Positions 26,341-40,740 of a DNA stretch of 64,000 nucleotides are shown piece by piece (within the stretch, counting starts at the first letter, position 1; each line of letters begins with the position of its first letter). The position numbers and the translations under genes are program-made. The stretch spans positions 6,658,367 through 6,722,366 of the forward strand of contig CM119267.1 of the NCBI GenBank assembly GCA_051294375.1, in the 5' to 3' direction. Source of the DNA: Paraspadella gotoi (taxonomy: Eukaryota; Animalia; Chaetognatha). The notes beneath the pieces were generated by a model. The model did not search any database. It saw only the letters and a list, made by a program, of their open reading frames with translations, and had not been told where the DNA came from.

Positions 26341-27228
26341 TTTCCGTGATTTTCTTCGGTTCTTCAATTTTTTCTCTTTTGTTATCTTCTTCCTTTTTAC
26401 CTTCTCTAAACGCTTTCTATACGTCCCACTATCTTACACGTCAACGTTTCTTCTTTCTTTGGCTGTATGACGACGACGATGACGACGACGGCGACGACGA
26501 CGGCAATGAGGACAACGACGACGGCGACGACGCAGACTACGACGACGACTACGACGACAACGACGACGACGGGACGTGTTTTGATTGATTGCTTCGACCT
26601 CAACGTCGCCGTCGGTGACGAAGCCGCTTCCGCCGCCTCCGCCGCGGCCGCTGTCGTCGTCTTCGCTGCCGCCATCTACGGTCCCACCAGAGCCATTGCC
26701 GACGTCATTGCGATCCAACTATTTTACCATCAACCGCGTCTGGCAATCCTTGATGCAAACTCTTTTTAAACTTTCTGTTTTTTTTTTTAAGGACAAAGCC
26801 TCTCTAATCGCTACCAATTCATGCCATAGCAGTGTAGATTGTAGAAGGTGTACGCAATGCTCGACTACATGTGTACGTACACTGTTCATAGCGCTGTATT
26901 TGGTTGGTGTTATCTTCCAGTTTCAGGCCCCGCGGCCAAATATTTTATAAGAAACTAGACTCGCGTCACGGAAAGTTGCCTGGAGGTATAAACGCGCCAA
27001 TTAAAAAATGATACGACCCCGGAACGATTAACGTCTGAAACTTTTTAAAACGAGGCTAATTGAGCGAGCTCACCGGCGAAAGTGTAAACAAAAAACCTGT
27101 TAATAATCGAGAACGAACTTACAAACAAACTCGGCGTGACGACGAATGAAACTGTAAACAAGAATTGTGACTTGTGTAAGACTTGTAAAAATCGACAGTT
27201 CGTTTACAACCTAGATTATCAACAGGAT

Positions 27229-27350
27229 TGTAAACAACCTAGTCTTTAAACAATAGAGGCAGTAAACTAACTTGCCCGTAAATAATAGAGTCTGTAAGCA
27301 AACGAGACTTTAAACTAACGAGACCGTAAATAATCGGGATTGTAAACAAT
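27229..27350. repeat. Degenerate 16-bp-period array, 8 units
   Basis: TAA(A/G) cores at 27231, 27247, 27263, 27279, 27295, 27311, 27327 and 27343. Confidence 0.8.
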
Positions 27351-28591
27351 GCGTTGGAAATCATCTTCCGTTCAATGACGCGTTAGATATGAAACATTTA
27401 CTCTTCGCGATCGCCGCGACTCATGGATGATGCTGCGTCGAACTGACGCTGCTCTGTCGCGGCGGCGTGCTGACGCTGCTGCAACGCACTATGACTCACT
27501 GGCGCGGCAGTGACATACTGGCGTTGTCGGTGTCGAAGAGACAATCATGCCGAAGGTCTAACAAGTAGCTTATAAGCGAAGATCGAACAATTTCTCAATC
27601 AATATTGTTGAAGCGAGATTTATTGACAATGGCAGCGTTTTCGACTCACAAGCACAGTTAGACTGTTAGACTGTTAGTACAACAATCTCCTAATGTTGGA
27701 AAAACGACTGTGTCACGCTTCTGAGCGACAACGCCACGGACGGCACTCAAGCAACAGACGCCAACAGTTATGACGCGGTGAGCGAAGACCGCGAAGGCTA
27801 AACGATTCGTCGTACAAAAGAAGCGACATCTATGATGAAGTCAGAAATGAATTTATTTCTTTTGTTTTCATCGATTTAAAAAAAAACGATTATTTATTCA
27901 AAAGTTTTCCGAGCCGTGATCGTCGTTAATGAGAGCGAGTGGGATGGGGTGGGACCGGGTTGGTATTGGGTTCTGGTTTTAACATAGAAGGGAGGGTGAG
28001 GGCCGAGGATTAAGTGTGAGAAAGGGAGGGACGGAGAATGAATAAGAGAGAGAATGGAAGGGGCGGCTTTCCAAACTACAAAAGCAAAGAGCTTGAGAGA
28101 GAAAGAAAGAACAGACCGACATGCAAAGTTTGAAAAAGCGGTTCTGATGCATAATCGAACGCTTGTCAGGCATGAAACGAATTATTTTATTCGATATTTA
28201 AAAAAAAAATGAATTAAAAAAAGTTAGCGCCCATAGAGTTGTTTAAACGATGGGTAAAACGAAATGATTAATGTACAAGTTACTGTTACGCGAGCAGGTC
28301 TTGCGCTTTTTTTAACATTGGTTTAACAACTTCCTGGTCTTCTCTAAATCACCTCATGGATTTGTACCTCTGTAAATCCGTATCCCCACCTCGCACCCTT
28401 TTCCCTACAGTGGGTGGCCACAAATTTGGCTGGAACATAATCCATGTTTTCATGTTTCAAAATTTCTTATCCCGAAGAAGGAGAGGGAGAGAGAGATAGA
28501 TAGAGATAGAGACAAGGAAACACTAGAAATATAGGGAAGAAGTTCATCTTGAAATCCTAAGGAAAAAAAAAGAAATCATCCTTTTTCATGA

Positions 28592-28625
<34 letters not shown>

Positions 28626-28627
28626 CG

Positions 28628-28683
<56 letters not shown>

Positions 28684-29827
28684 AGTAACGGCGGGACATT
28701 TCCTTTTCTTGGTCGCCTTCATGAAAATATTTTATTCTGTCAGAACCTGAATTTCTGAGTTCAGATTTTCAGCCAACTGTTTTTTTTTTCTTTTTTTTTT
28801 TCAAAGATGACTTAATTTGGCATTTTTTTAACAACTCAATTAATATTTTTTAAATATAAAATTTGTCGACCGCGAAAAGATGACGCAATACCCAACGCTT
28901 ACGAAATCTGGCCTACGCCATTTAATCAAATTCCAACATACGTACATGTAAATAAAAATGTAATAAAAAACTAATTTTTTTCAGTCAACGACTAAATTCA
29001 AATTCGATTAATACAGTAGGCTCCTTAAATTTAAAGCTTTCCCCTCTGGGTTATGCACTCTTTTGTATTCAACAGTTGTGGAGAAAAAAAAACAGAAAGA
29101 GAGCGTTGGAGAGAAAAGGAAAGATAGTAAGAGGGTGACAGATAGAGAGAAAGAAAGGGAGAAAGAAAGAAAGGAAGAGAGAGAGAAACCCACCAAAGCC
29201 GACCACTGAATACATGAATAATTTGCATAATTCAGCAGAAACAAAAGCTGAAAAAGACTGGAAAGGTTGCAAATTTGATGTCCTCAGAGAGAGGGAGAAC
29301 GAGAGAGGAAGATTGGAAACTAGGGAGAGAGAGAGAGAGTGAGAGAGAGAGAGGTATATGCAACAAAAGAGGAGAAAAAGAATTATTATTTTAGTGAGCA
29401 CAGTTGAAATTTTTCCTTCAAACTAGTATGCTTATTTAATTTTTTAGTTTCTATGTACTAAACATCGACTTAGCATACTTTGTTTTATTTTCTTGCATTA
29501 GATCCAGTAATAGGTGGAAAAAGCTACGATTTATTAGGGCTGTTAATACTCTCTCTCGCTCTCTCTCTCTCTCCCTCTCTCTTTCTGATGGATCCATAAA
29601 CTCGAGATGAAATGGAACGAAGAAAAAGTAAAGGGAGAGAACTAGCTCGGGTGCTTGAGAGAGAGAGAGAGAGAGAGAGAGAATAGAGGAGAATGAGCGA
29701 GGAGAGAAAAATAACCCACATAGAGGAAAATATCATTAAGGAAATCTTCCGAACCCAAATTTATGCTCGACGGAAATGATGATTTATTGTAAAATATTTT
29801 TTGTCGGGTCTCTGCTATTTTTTTCCA

Positions 29828-29858
<31 letters not shown>

Positions 29859-29863
29859 TCTCT

Positions 29864-29939
<76 letters not shown>

Positions 29940-31756
29940 CAGCCACACCCATTCACTTGGCCGCCTCCATTCCGCTTCCACATCAACTGAAATGGATTCC
30001 ATTTAAAGTTTTTCTCAATACATTTAAATCGTGGAATTATCTTTAATTTACGTCTTTTTTTCTTTCTCTTCGTATCTCTAATCAAATATTGATTGGGCGC
30101 CCTGTTTTAAACTTTCGTCAATCCTAGTGAATATTGTTAAGGTTGACAACAATGTTTTAAACTTTCTTCTGTTTCTTAATCTTATTTTCAGGTTTCTTAT
30201 TGACTTCAAATCAGATCTTTACATAATACATACAGACATCCAGATATGTTTTCTTCTTCAAATCGCTCTTGATTTCATTTCTCTTCCCTCAGAGGGTAAT
30301 TACTTCAAGGGATATTTTTAATCACAAAACTGCAGCTGTATAAATATTCGCCGACTTTTCGTTGCCGATATCTAATGTCCGACTAAAGTATCCACTATCC
30401 ACTATCCACTATCCACTATCCACTATCCATCCTTGAATTTGAGTATCAAATTGAGTAACATATTCAAATGATATTTATCATATCATATATATGTTCATCA
30501 TCATTAAAAGTAAATACGATATACTTATATTAATATAATAATATATATATATATAATATATAATATATAATAATAATTGGTCCCCCTAATTCAGACAAAA
30601 CATATGCACGACTTATGTACGTAGTTTGTCTGCGCGTGATGATGCATTTTTGTTCTTCACTTTTAAAATTTTCTTTTTTAATTTACTTTAACTTGATTAA
30701 AAGAAATCTTTTCATTCCAGATTTTGTCCCGGCTAAAACCTCAAAATCAAAATCGCCTTATTTTCCAGTTTCAAACTCACCTCATTCCTAAATCTCCGCC
30801 GACCCAAAGACCTTACCTCTTTTCCTCACCCTTTCACCCCTCCCTCGTCTCCTTCTCCTATTTTCGGAACTTTGATAAACAAAAATTGATTATCGCTGCT
30901 CTCCAGAAACTCCGTTGATGAGGGTTAAAAAGGAAAAAAAAGAGCAGAATTTCGGAAGCCGCACTAGCACGCCCCCCTGCCCGACCGCCGGCTCGTCCCT
31001 TTTCGCACTACCCAAACTCCACGCCATCTGGTCTTAAACCATCGTCATCTCATCCAAACTTGTCACCGACTTTGCCACGCCCACGTCGACGCCCACGCGG
31101 CCGACGTCACCCGAAACCCGTCGCCTTCGTCGCCGTCGTCGTCGTCGAATCCTGACGTCATCCGAGTCACCTCGATGCAGGAGTGGAGATTCACGTAATT
31201 GTGCTCTTTTTTTTCTGTCACAAAAGTATGTATTGTGGCAGTAACCACAGTATCTTCTTTTAAGGTTTTTAACTTATATGCGAAATTGATTTACGTAAAA
31301 TTCAAAGCTATTCTGTGTTAGGACTTAAATTGTGGTCTTATTTAAAAAAAAAAAAAAAAATTCTATGAGATTTTCTCGGCCCGCCTCAGAGCCCCGGGCT
31401 CTTCGTCTTTGTGGAGGGAATCTTCACTCTCAACTGTCTGCCCCTCTACACTCTACAGTCTACACTCTACACTCTACACTCTACACTCTACACTCCCCTG
31501 CTTGGGGCAGTTGTAATGGATGGCAGATAACGAGTGAGAAAATGTTCTGCTTGTGTGACGCTTCACCGATCTTAACAATTACAAACCTTTCTCCGACACT
31601 ATTTAAAAACATCAATTCAAACTCATCTTCTTCTCTCTCGATTCGTAATCTCTAACTTTGTCCGCCTTTTCCTTCCCGCTAATTAATCAAACGCGTTTCT
31701 CAATACTATCTTCCACATTCCAGCAGCAATTTCTCATCCTCCTTTTTTTCCCTTTC

Positions 31757-31930
31757 ATCTTCGATCTCCCTCCATTACCACTTTCGATTACCATTACCAT
31801 TACCATTACCATTACCTCAATTACCACATTCTCTTTTGATCTCCCTCCATTACCACTTTCGATTACCATTACCATTACCTCAATTACTACATTCTCTTTC
31901 GATCTACCTCCATTACCACTTTCCCTACCA
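31757..31930. repeat. Compound tandem repeat (~60-75-bp unit containing (ATTACC)n), ~2.5 copies
   Basis: gatct(c/a)cctccattaccacttt recurs three times with a variable number of ATTACC units between copies. Confidence 0.85.
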
Positions 31931-32294
31931 CCTCTTCCACAACTCTCCCCCCCCACCCGCCGTCCCTTCCACAACCCGCCGACTTCTCCAGAGGACTCTT
32001 CCAACGCGCCGACGTCGGCGCTCACCGGGGATTCCCAACTCCCTCTTCCCGATTATCCCGTCGATTCGACTTAGCGGTGACGCCTTTCTTGGGGATTTTG
32101 CTCGAAGGTTGCGAAGGGGGGGGGATGGGGGAAGAGAGCCGGGAGAGCAGGTTGGAGAGAAGAGAGTAAAAAAAAATTGGTTAATGAGAGTTGAGAGGAT
32201 TAAAAAAGGAAGAAGGGAGATGGAGTTTATAAAGATGGTGGTAAGTAGTCGAAGTGGAAAAAAAGGAGGGAAAAAGCCAAGAGTTAAGCGTCAA

Positions 32295-32405
32295 AAAAGA
32301 GAGGATGAGAGAAGTGTTTAAAAAAGAGAGGATTCGAGAAGTGTTTAAAAAAGAGAGGATTAGAGAAGTGTTTAAAAAAGAGAGGATTAGAGAAGTGTTT
32401 AAAAA
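32295..32405. repeat. 27-bp minisatellite, ~4 copies
   Basis: Unit agagaagtgtttaaaaaagagaggatt. Confidence 0.9.
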
Positions 32406-32871
32406 GGAAATTAAGGAAATGAAGGAAAAGCGGATTTAGTAGAGAGAGAAAAAGGAGGACAGGTTGAAAAAAAAAAATTCATTGAAAATAAAAGGGATCT
32501 AATGAGAAGAATTCAAATTGGCAATATTTATCATTAAGCCAAAATAAATTTCTCCTCGGTTACAATCCAGATCGATTTGAAAAGTTAAGTTTCTTATCGT
32601 CTTAACTGTCAAATCGTTTCTTTTATTTCAGAAAAATTCTTGAAAAAACAACTTATCTCTCTTCCTCTACGACTTTCCGTCCCTCGCTACTTCGCTTGCT
32701 CTCTCTCTTCATCTTTCTCTCCTCTCGTCCTCTCCATCTCCTTGTCTCTCTCTCCTCTCTCTCCTCTTCTTATTCCACTCTTTTCTCTAGCACGGTGATG
32801 CGAAAGGAAGGATACTATTGGAAATGGATAAACTAAAGGAGGATTCGAGTAATATATAGAAATAAAAAAAG

Positions 32872-32932
<61 letters not shown>

Positions 32933-33029
32933 AGAAGAGAGAGAAGAGAGAGAGAGCGAACGCGAACGAGATCCCGGGCGAGAAAGAGCAAGAAAGTAAA
33001 GAGAGAAAGAGAGAGAGAGAGAGAGAGAG

Positions 33030-33073
<44 letters not shown>

Positions 33074-33845
33074 AAAAAAAAGTAGCGGTTTTCTACTTAG
33101 AATGGAAAGGCGGTCTCTTCCACCTCATCCCTGGGCATTTTCTTTCGGGTTTAGCCGCCGAATTTCCTCTAATTTGGTTAGGAAAGACTTTTTCTCGCTC
33201 CCCCCCTTTTTTTCTCCTTTTTTCTCCCTTTTTTCTCCCTTTTTTTCTCTTTTCCTTATTTTCCTTCAGTTTTTTTTTTGCCTTCGATTTTCCTCTCGTG
33301 TTTTCTTCAATCCCGTTTCTTTCTTTTTTCTTTCCTTCTTCCTCCTCCTCCTCCTCCTCCTCCTCCTCCTCCTCCTTTTGACCCTTGTTTAGACACTCCG
33401 CTCCTGGTTATCACTCAATGTTTCCTCTTTCTCCAGTAGAGATAAGAAGAAAGGAAAGAGAGAAAAAGAGATAAAAAATAACTCGTTAATTCAGTTTCTC
33501 TTTCCTATGTTTAATACTTTAATAGTATAATTTTTTTATTCCTGATTGATTATGAAAGCTTTAAACTTTTGCGGAAAGTTATCTTGATTTTTCTTGATTA
33601 TTTTACTGTTCACCTTCACAAGCCAACGTCAGAGAGTCAGCTTTCGTTATTCGTCGAGAGAGACAGACAGACAGATATATTTCTTATATTCTATATTTAA
33701 ATCCTTAACAAGGACATAGACTATGTCATTGTAACGGATTCGTCTCGACAAAGATTTTTGAGAAAGATCCCTGGATCCGGCTGCCAAATTCTCACAGCTT
33801 ATTTTTCGTCCTTATTGATTATTTGTAATCATTTACTAACTTGTC

Positions 33846-34021
33846 CATTCATTCATTCATTCATTCATTCATTCATTCATTCATTCATTCATTCATTCAT
33901 TCATTCATTCATTCATTCATTCATTCACTCATTCATTCATTCATTCATTCATTCATTCACTCATTCATTCATTCATTCATTCATTCATTCATTCATTCAT
34001 TCATTCATTCATTCATTCATT
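33846..34021. repeat. (TCAT)n microsatellite
   Basis: About 44 near-perfect units. Confidence 0.98.
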
Positions 34022-34167
34022 GAATTACATTTGAGATTAGCGAATGAAGATTTCCCACCGATTGACGAATGCTCCCGTTCACTTATTGTTATTCATTTAT
34101 TCACCGTTTGCTGCGATGTCAGGATTGACACATCGCCTTGCTTTTAACGCCGCCGCCGCCGCCGCCT

Positions 34168-34198
<31 letters not shown>

Positions 34199-34613
34199 AG
34201 CTAACGACCCCGCGGCCTCGTAACGACGGTCAAAATCGTCACTTAACCTTCGTCGATATCAAAATAAGGTGACATTTTGTCATTAATGAAATGATAACTT
34301 CATTAATGACATCTTGTCATACGTAGTCGCGATTCAAGCGTCGTTAAATCCGAAATTAACGCGTAAAAGTCGCTCGTTACATTCGCGGAGGAGCCTAATA
34401 TCCGGGATGCGGGTGGGACTGGATGGGTACTATCCAGTATCCACCCATACTATCCGCCCTGGATAGGCGATCCCTTCGCTCTCGACCGCTCTCTTGACCG
34501 CTTCTTCCTCGATCGCATCTCGACCACCTTTCGCTTCTCCTCTCCTCTTCGCTTCCATTGATTTGAGTTCAGAAAAGGCGAATCTTAATTTTGCAGAAAG
34601 AGGATTTCGCGTT

Positions 34614-34669
<56 letters not shown>

Positions 34670-34734
34670 CTCGTCGTCGTCGTCGTCGTCGTCATCAAAG
34701 TTGCAAAGTGGAAGAACTTAACTTCACTGCTGCC

Positions 34735-35030
34735 TTCTATTCTATCCTATTCTATTCTATTTTGTTCTATTCTATTCTATTCTACTCTATTCTATACTTT
34801 TTTATTCTATTTTATTCCATTTTATTGTATTCTATTCTATTCTATTCTACTCTATTCTACTCTATTCCATTCTATTGTACTCCTTACTATTCTATTCTAA
34901 TTTATTCTATTCTATTCTTTTCTGATCTTTTCATTATATTCGGTTCTACTTTATTCATTTTATGTTTTTCTATTCTATTCTATTTCATTCTTTTCTTATA
35001 TATTAAATTCTAATTCATTCTATTCTATTT
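34735..35030. repeat. (TTCTA)n degenerate microsatellite
   Basis: Pentamer repeat read directly from the sequence. It is preceded by (TCG)n at ~34615-34692 and (CCG)n at ~34148-34198. Confidence 0.9.
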
Positions 35031-35352
35031 TGTTACAGTCTAGGTTCTATTCCACTACTCATACTTCTCACCAGTATAAAATTACAGTATATCTTATCAT
35101 GACTTCTATACAGGTTTACAATGACTCTGAGTAATGCGATAAGAAAAGATGAGAAATTCCGGGAGAGGTCAAATTCAGAATTCGCCGGAGGTGAGGTCCG
35201 TGGGATGTTCCAATTGTTCCATAGATCTCGTCATCTTGGTCGTTGTCCTCGTTGTCGTCGTCCTCATTATTGTCGTCTTCATCGTCGTCGTCGTCACGTT
35301 GTCTTCGACATCTGAATATTTGACGAGGAGCGATTTCCGAGAATTGATCGTC

Positions 35353-35398
<46 letters not shown>

Positions 35399-35736
35399 AT
35401 GCCCAGTTTGACCATTTGCGTCGGCTACGTCATTTCGGTCGCGGCTCCATCGAACTTGCAATTCGCTCCAGCCAACCTCTTTCGTCATCGTCGTCATCGT
35501 CGTTGTCTTTCTCCTCCTCCTCTTCCTCCTCTTCCTCCTTCTTCCCTTCCTCCCGTTCCTTCGTCCGATGGGAGGAATAAGTGGACCCCAAAGACCTCTC
35601 TGGGGTCAGGACAGGTGAGAGGGGCAACCAGTGGGTGGGCCGCCAAAAGGGGGCAAGGGGAAAGAGGGAGAGAAGCAATGAGGCAAAAACTGTTATGGAT
35701 CAGGTTAAAGGCCAGGCTTAGGGACTGGAGTACAAA

Positions 35737-35776
<40 letters not shown>

Positions 35777-36470
35777 GTCTGCTATTATCTCAACAGTCAA
35801 CTCATGAGCGTTTTAAGATTTTGTTATTTCTTTTCTTTTTAGAAGATAACTTGGATAGAAGAATCTACATTCAAGTACATGCGGAAAGAATTTTCGTGAG
35901 AGAGAGATTGAATAGTAATGAGAGAGTTAGAGGATGATGAGAAGATGAGAGATGAGGATGAGAGGAAGAGGAGAGACGAGAGATTTGCTGGTCGAGTTAC
36001 CCTCCATGCGACAGATGGCGCAGAGGACCAATCGCTTACATGACGTTTGAGGCCGAAGAGAAAGCAGGTATATGGACGGTCTCTCTCTCTCTCTCTCTCT
36101 CTCATCGTCTCTCCTCTCTCTCTCTCTCTCTCTCCTCCATCTCTCTCTCCTCTCTCTCTTATCAGTCAACAACGGCGGGCAAGTACATTCCCCATCGCGA
36201 GTCCATCGCATAACACGCAAAAGAAGTGACATAATCCACCCCGACCACAACGCGTCAGGCCAGACCAGCGCGTAAGAACTATTAACGGCGACACTCGACC
36301 ACATGTTTGACCGCCACCGCAACCACCGACAACGTTTAAAACCACCATCGCGACCACTTGAGCCAAAATCAAACTGCCGAGGACGTTCTGAGTACATCTG
36401 GCGCTCTAATCTCCGGCGTTGACGTAGAAATCTCAACCGTCAGGACTTGTCTTCGTCATTGCTGACGTCT

Positions 36471-36507
<37 letters not shown>

Positions 36508-36980
36508 TGTTTTCGAAGTTCTAATCATATATGACGTGACTCTTTTCTTTGTCGTCATGGTTACCAAAGAAGCTGACGTCGCTATTCGTAATTTTCGTCG
36601 AGGAAATTTTTCTCAGAGTCTAATTATTGGGTATTGTTTTTGTTTAGGTGTGACGTCAACGCTCGAACAGGGTCCGGTCTCAGGTTTAAATTCAACTTCG
36701 TAAAGCATCGTAATTTTATTTTTTGTGATCGTTGTCATCCCTATCTCTCGATCAAACTTCCCAAATATTTGACGACTTCGACGTTTTTCCTTTCTCCAAC
36801 TTCAAAGTTTTACTCGTTATTTCTCGCGAGCCTCTTGTCGTCTCGCTTAGCTGTGGAAGCTCAGCAGTCATTTTCATCTTCGTCTCCGCCTATGTCGTCC
36901 TTTTTGTCATTTTCGTCGTCTCCTTTGTCATTATATTGTCATTGTTGTAATAATACTTTCTTTTTCGTTGCGTTAGTTGC

Positions 36981-37172
36981 TAGACAAATGAGCGAAAATT
37001 CGAAGGGCAAACAACGATTTGTTTTTATTTAAAAACGTACATGTTTCGACTTTGTTTACAAGTCTTCATCGGCGTTTAGAAGTTTTTGAAGACTTTTGTA
37101 AACAAAGTCGAAACATGTACGTTTTTAAATAAAAACAAATCGTTGACGTTCGAATTTTCGCTCTTTTGTCTA
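36981..37172. mobile_element. Fold-back MITE-like palindrome bounded by TA
   Basis: ~87-bp arms (tagacaaatgagcgaaaattcgaa...tttacaagtcttca / tgaagac...ttcgaattttcgctcttttgtcta) with a ~48-bp perfect core and an ~18-nt spacer. TA at both ends; complementarity stops outside. Confidence 0.75.
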
Positions 37173-37439
37173 ATTGTCGTTGTTATATTTTTTTTCTCCT
37201 TTCTTTACTCATCTTACATCAATTGTTACATCTTCGTCTTTGATTTAAATCATCATCATCTTCGTCTTTCCCTTTATCAAAATGATCCTCATCCTTATCG
37301 TCGTCGTCGTCGTCGTCTTCATCGTCGTCGACCCGTCGCGTTCCTCGGTCTGCAAACGGCGTCCGAATATGGCTTCCATATTTCAAGGTGGGAATTTCAT
37401 GGTTTTTATCGGAGAAGAGAAGATGATTTAATTTAGCCT

Positions 37440-37477
<38 letters not shown>

Positions 37478-38479
37478 TTTGCTAGAGGCTCTAAGACATC
37501 ATCATCATCATCATTATCATAATCATCTTCATCATCACCAACATCATAATCATCATGATCAATTTTGATCATGATCATGATCATCAAAATCATCATCATC
37601 ATCATCATCAACATCATCATCATCATCTTTATGACATTAATATAATCGTTAGCATAATGCATTATCATGTTTGACTATCAATTTAAAAATTTCAAAAGTT
37701 AATTTCAAATTTCAACTTTAAAAAATCCCTCCTCCCACAATCGCAGAATCTGAGCAGAGCGGAGCAGCTGCGGCGCAGAGCGGAGCAGCTGCGACGCGGA
37801 AAACTCTTTAACGGGAAGTAAATAAAAAAAACCCGGATCTACAGGTGTTTAAATTTAAGAGTCGACGAGTCATCCTGGTCGACAGATGGTCTCCGGTCAA
37901 CCGCTTGAAATGTTAAAGATTGATAGAGCATCGACAAATATCAATACAATTTTGGGTAATTTAATGAATCCATTTATATTGTTTGAATTAGCGTTCAAAA
38001 TATAATTCTCAGCTAAAAAAAAAATATTTTAATTTGTATATATATTCTATTTCACAATTTCATTCCCATTAATTATGTCTCCTTCTGATTTCTTCATCAT
38101 TTATCCCTCATGACATAATCTCGATTCACTTCCCTTTCAAATCCTACTTCATTTTTCCCCTCCAAATTTCGCCACCCCACCCCTCTATTCCCCCTGGTAA
38201 TCCCCCCGCCACCCTCACCACTCCCTTCTTACTCTCAACAGGACTTCCTTATCGGCCACTCTGGACCTGCGAAGAGAAAAAAAATATGATATCTTTTTTT
38301 TCCAGTATGAAATCTTTTCGTCCGCGGATATCTTACTGTTTCCCTTACTCTCTCTCTCTCTCTCCTCTCACTGCTCCCTTTCTTTTCTTTTTCTCTTCTC
38401 TCTCTCTCTCTGCTCTCTGCTCCTCTCTCCTCCCTCTCCTACTCCATCTCTGGTCTCTCTCCACCTCTCTCCTCTCTTC

Positions 38480-39300
38480 AGCACTATGGGATGCAAATAT
38501 GCGCGTGCAAGAGGGCACTGAGAGGAAAGACGTAAGCGTTTGCTCCGCACATGAAGAGGCCAAAGGTTCGGGCTAGGTGAATTCACCACGTAAATCCGGA
38601 GGGCTAGTGCCCACAGCCAAACATAACGCCTTTATAACAGCGGACAGACAAATTCGATCTTTTATCTTCCCGTTCCGCTTCCTAGTTGCGTATCATCATT
38701 TTCTCACCTTATACCTATCTTTCTATCTATGCTCGAAATACCGCACAAGTCTTTTCTTCACCCACCCCGAACCCGCTCCTACCTATTACAACCAGTGCTG
38801 CCCGCCGGGCCACCACACAACCACTAGACATACACTGACAGGACAGAACCTGACAAAGTGGGCTGCCGAGTAAGATGCAGAAACGAAATGAACCACAAGA
38901 AAGAAACAGGAGCTTTAAGGAGAGGGGACGAGAACCNNNNNNNNNNNNNNNNNNNNNNNNNTCTCTCTCTCTCTCTCAGCATTGGTGCATTGGTGCAAGG
39001 GCTGAGGAAATAAGTTTGAGTTCATGACCAAGTTAGGTAGGTGTTCACCAAAGTGCCCACCAAACTAACCTTTTTAACAGGGAGCAAATCGTTTTATCTT
39101 CCGTTCCTTTCCTGTTCCTTTTTACTTTCTTTTCTTTTCTTTCGAATACCGAGTCTTTCTTCACTACCGAACCGTTTTTACAGGGTGCCGCGGCCGAAAC
39201 ATAGTACATACACTGACAGACAGAAGTGACAAAGTGGTGCAGAGAAATGAAGAAAGAAAAAAAAAGGAAAGAAAGGAGTTTAAGGGGAGAGAGAGAGAGA
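38480..39300. other. Redundant direct overlap across 25-N gap 38937-38961 (gap over-fill)
   Basis: ~38480-38936 is an insertion-rich version of ~38980-39300, e.g. acatacactgacaggacagaacctgacaaagtgg vs acatacactgacagacagaagtgacaaagtgg. Confidence 0.8.
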
Positions 39301-39308
39301 GAGAGAAG

Positions 39309-39401
<93 letters not shown>

Positions 39402-39449
39402 AGAGAGAGAGAGAGAGAAGAGAAGAAGAGAGAGAGAGAGGGGGAAAGA

Positions 39450-39506
<57 letters not shown>

Positions 39507-39529
39507 AAGAGAGAGAGAGAGAGAGAGGA

Positions 39530-39575
<46 letters not shown>

Positions 39576-39750
39576 AAGAGAGAGAGAGAGACGAGAGAGA
39601 AGAGAAGAGGTGAGAGAGAGGACAAATCCTTATGGGCCTTCGATATCCCATATCACTGGCAGTTTTGGATGAGTCTTCGTCACATGACCTCAATGGATTA
39701 AGTTATGACAACTGGAACCATTTCTTCTTTTCGGCCTTTTCCGACGGAGT

Positions 39751-39896
<146 letters not shown>

Positions 39897-40208
39897 GAAT
39901 GATAAACAGATTCCATTAAGCTCCCATCCCTCACCAAGCCCCTCCTTTCCTCAGCAGCACATTTCACCACCGCGAGAGATCGTTTTCACTTCCGGTTCAC
40001 TTTTCCCGCCGGATTTCGCCGCCAGTCAATCACCCGGGACAACCAGTCGACGAATCACGGGGTTTTTTTTCTTTTCCGTCGATCTATCCGCCAATCAACC
40101 AATCGACCAATCAACCAGTCATACAATCAACCGATTTCCATTTTTTTCTCTCCTCTTAAACCCAACTTCCCGGTTTCCACTTCTTGTTCCCTCATCGACC
40201 ATTCATCA

Positions 40209-40239
<31 letters not shown>

Positions 40240-40278
40240 TGTCCTCTCTCTCTCTCTCTCCCTTCCTCTCTTCCCTCT

Positions 40279-40344
<66 letters not shown>

Positions 40345-40685
40345 CTCTCTTCATCTCTGTCTGATTCTCCACTCTTCTATCCTTTCTTTCTTTCTTTCTT
40401 TCTTTCTTCTCTTTCTTTCTTTCTCTTCTCTTTCTTTCTTTTTTAACTATCTTTGTTCTATTTTTTCTCCCTGTTTTTCCTAAATCTCACTTTTAACTCT
40501 TCTTCCTTTTCCCATTCTCTTTTATTCTCTTTTCCTTCTGTTTTTTATTAATTTCTTCTCTCGGCGTTTGTTTTTCCTCCACCGCCGTTAGGATCGCTGC
40601 CGAGCGACGGCGACTCGTGGGTTAATCACCAACAAATGAACCGACTTTGATTTTTGCATTCGACGTCGAAGGCAAGAGAGAGAAT

Positions 40686-40740
<55 letters not shown>

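Noticed and set aside
27352-27790. Possible solo LTR (cgttggaaa...tacaaca, then tgttggaaa)
   Set aside because: No TSD, PBS, PPT or second copy can be demonstrated in the window.
34412-34449. Short hairpin as a miRNA precursor
   Set aside because: The stem is too short, with a 3-nt loop, and no known mature sequence was recognised.
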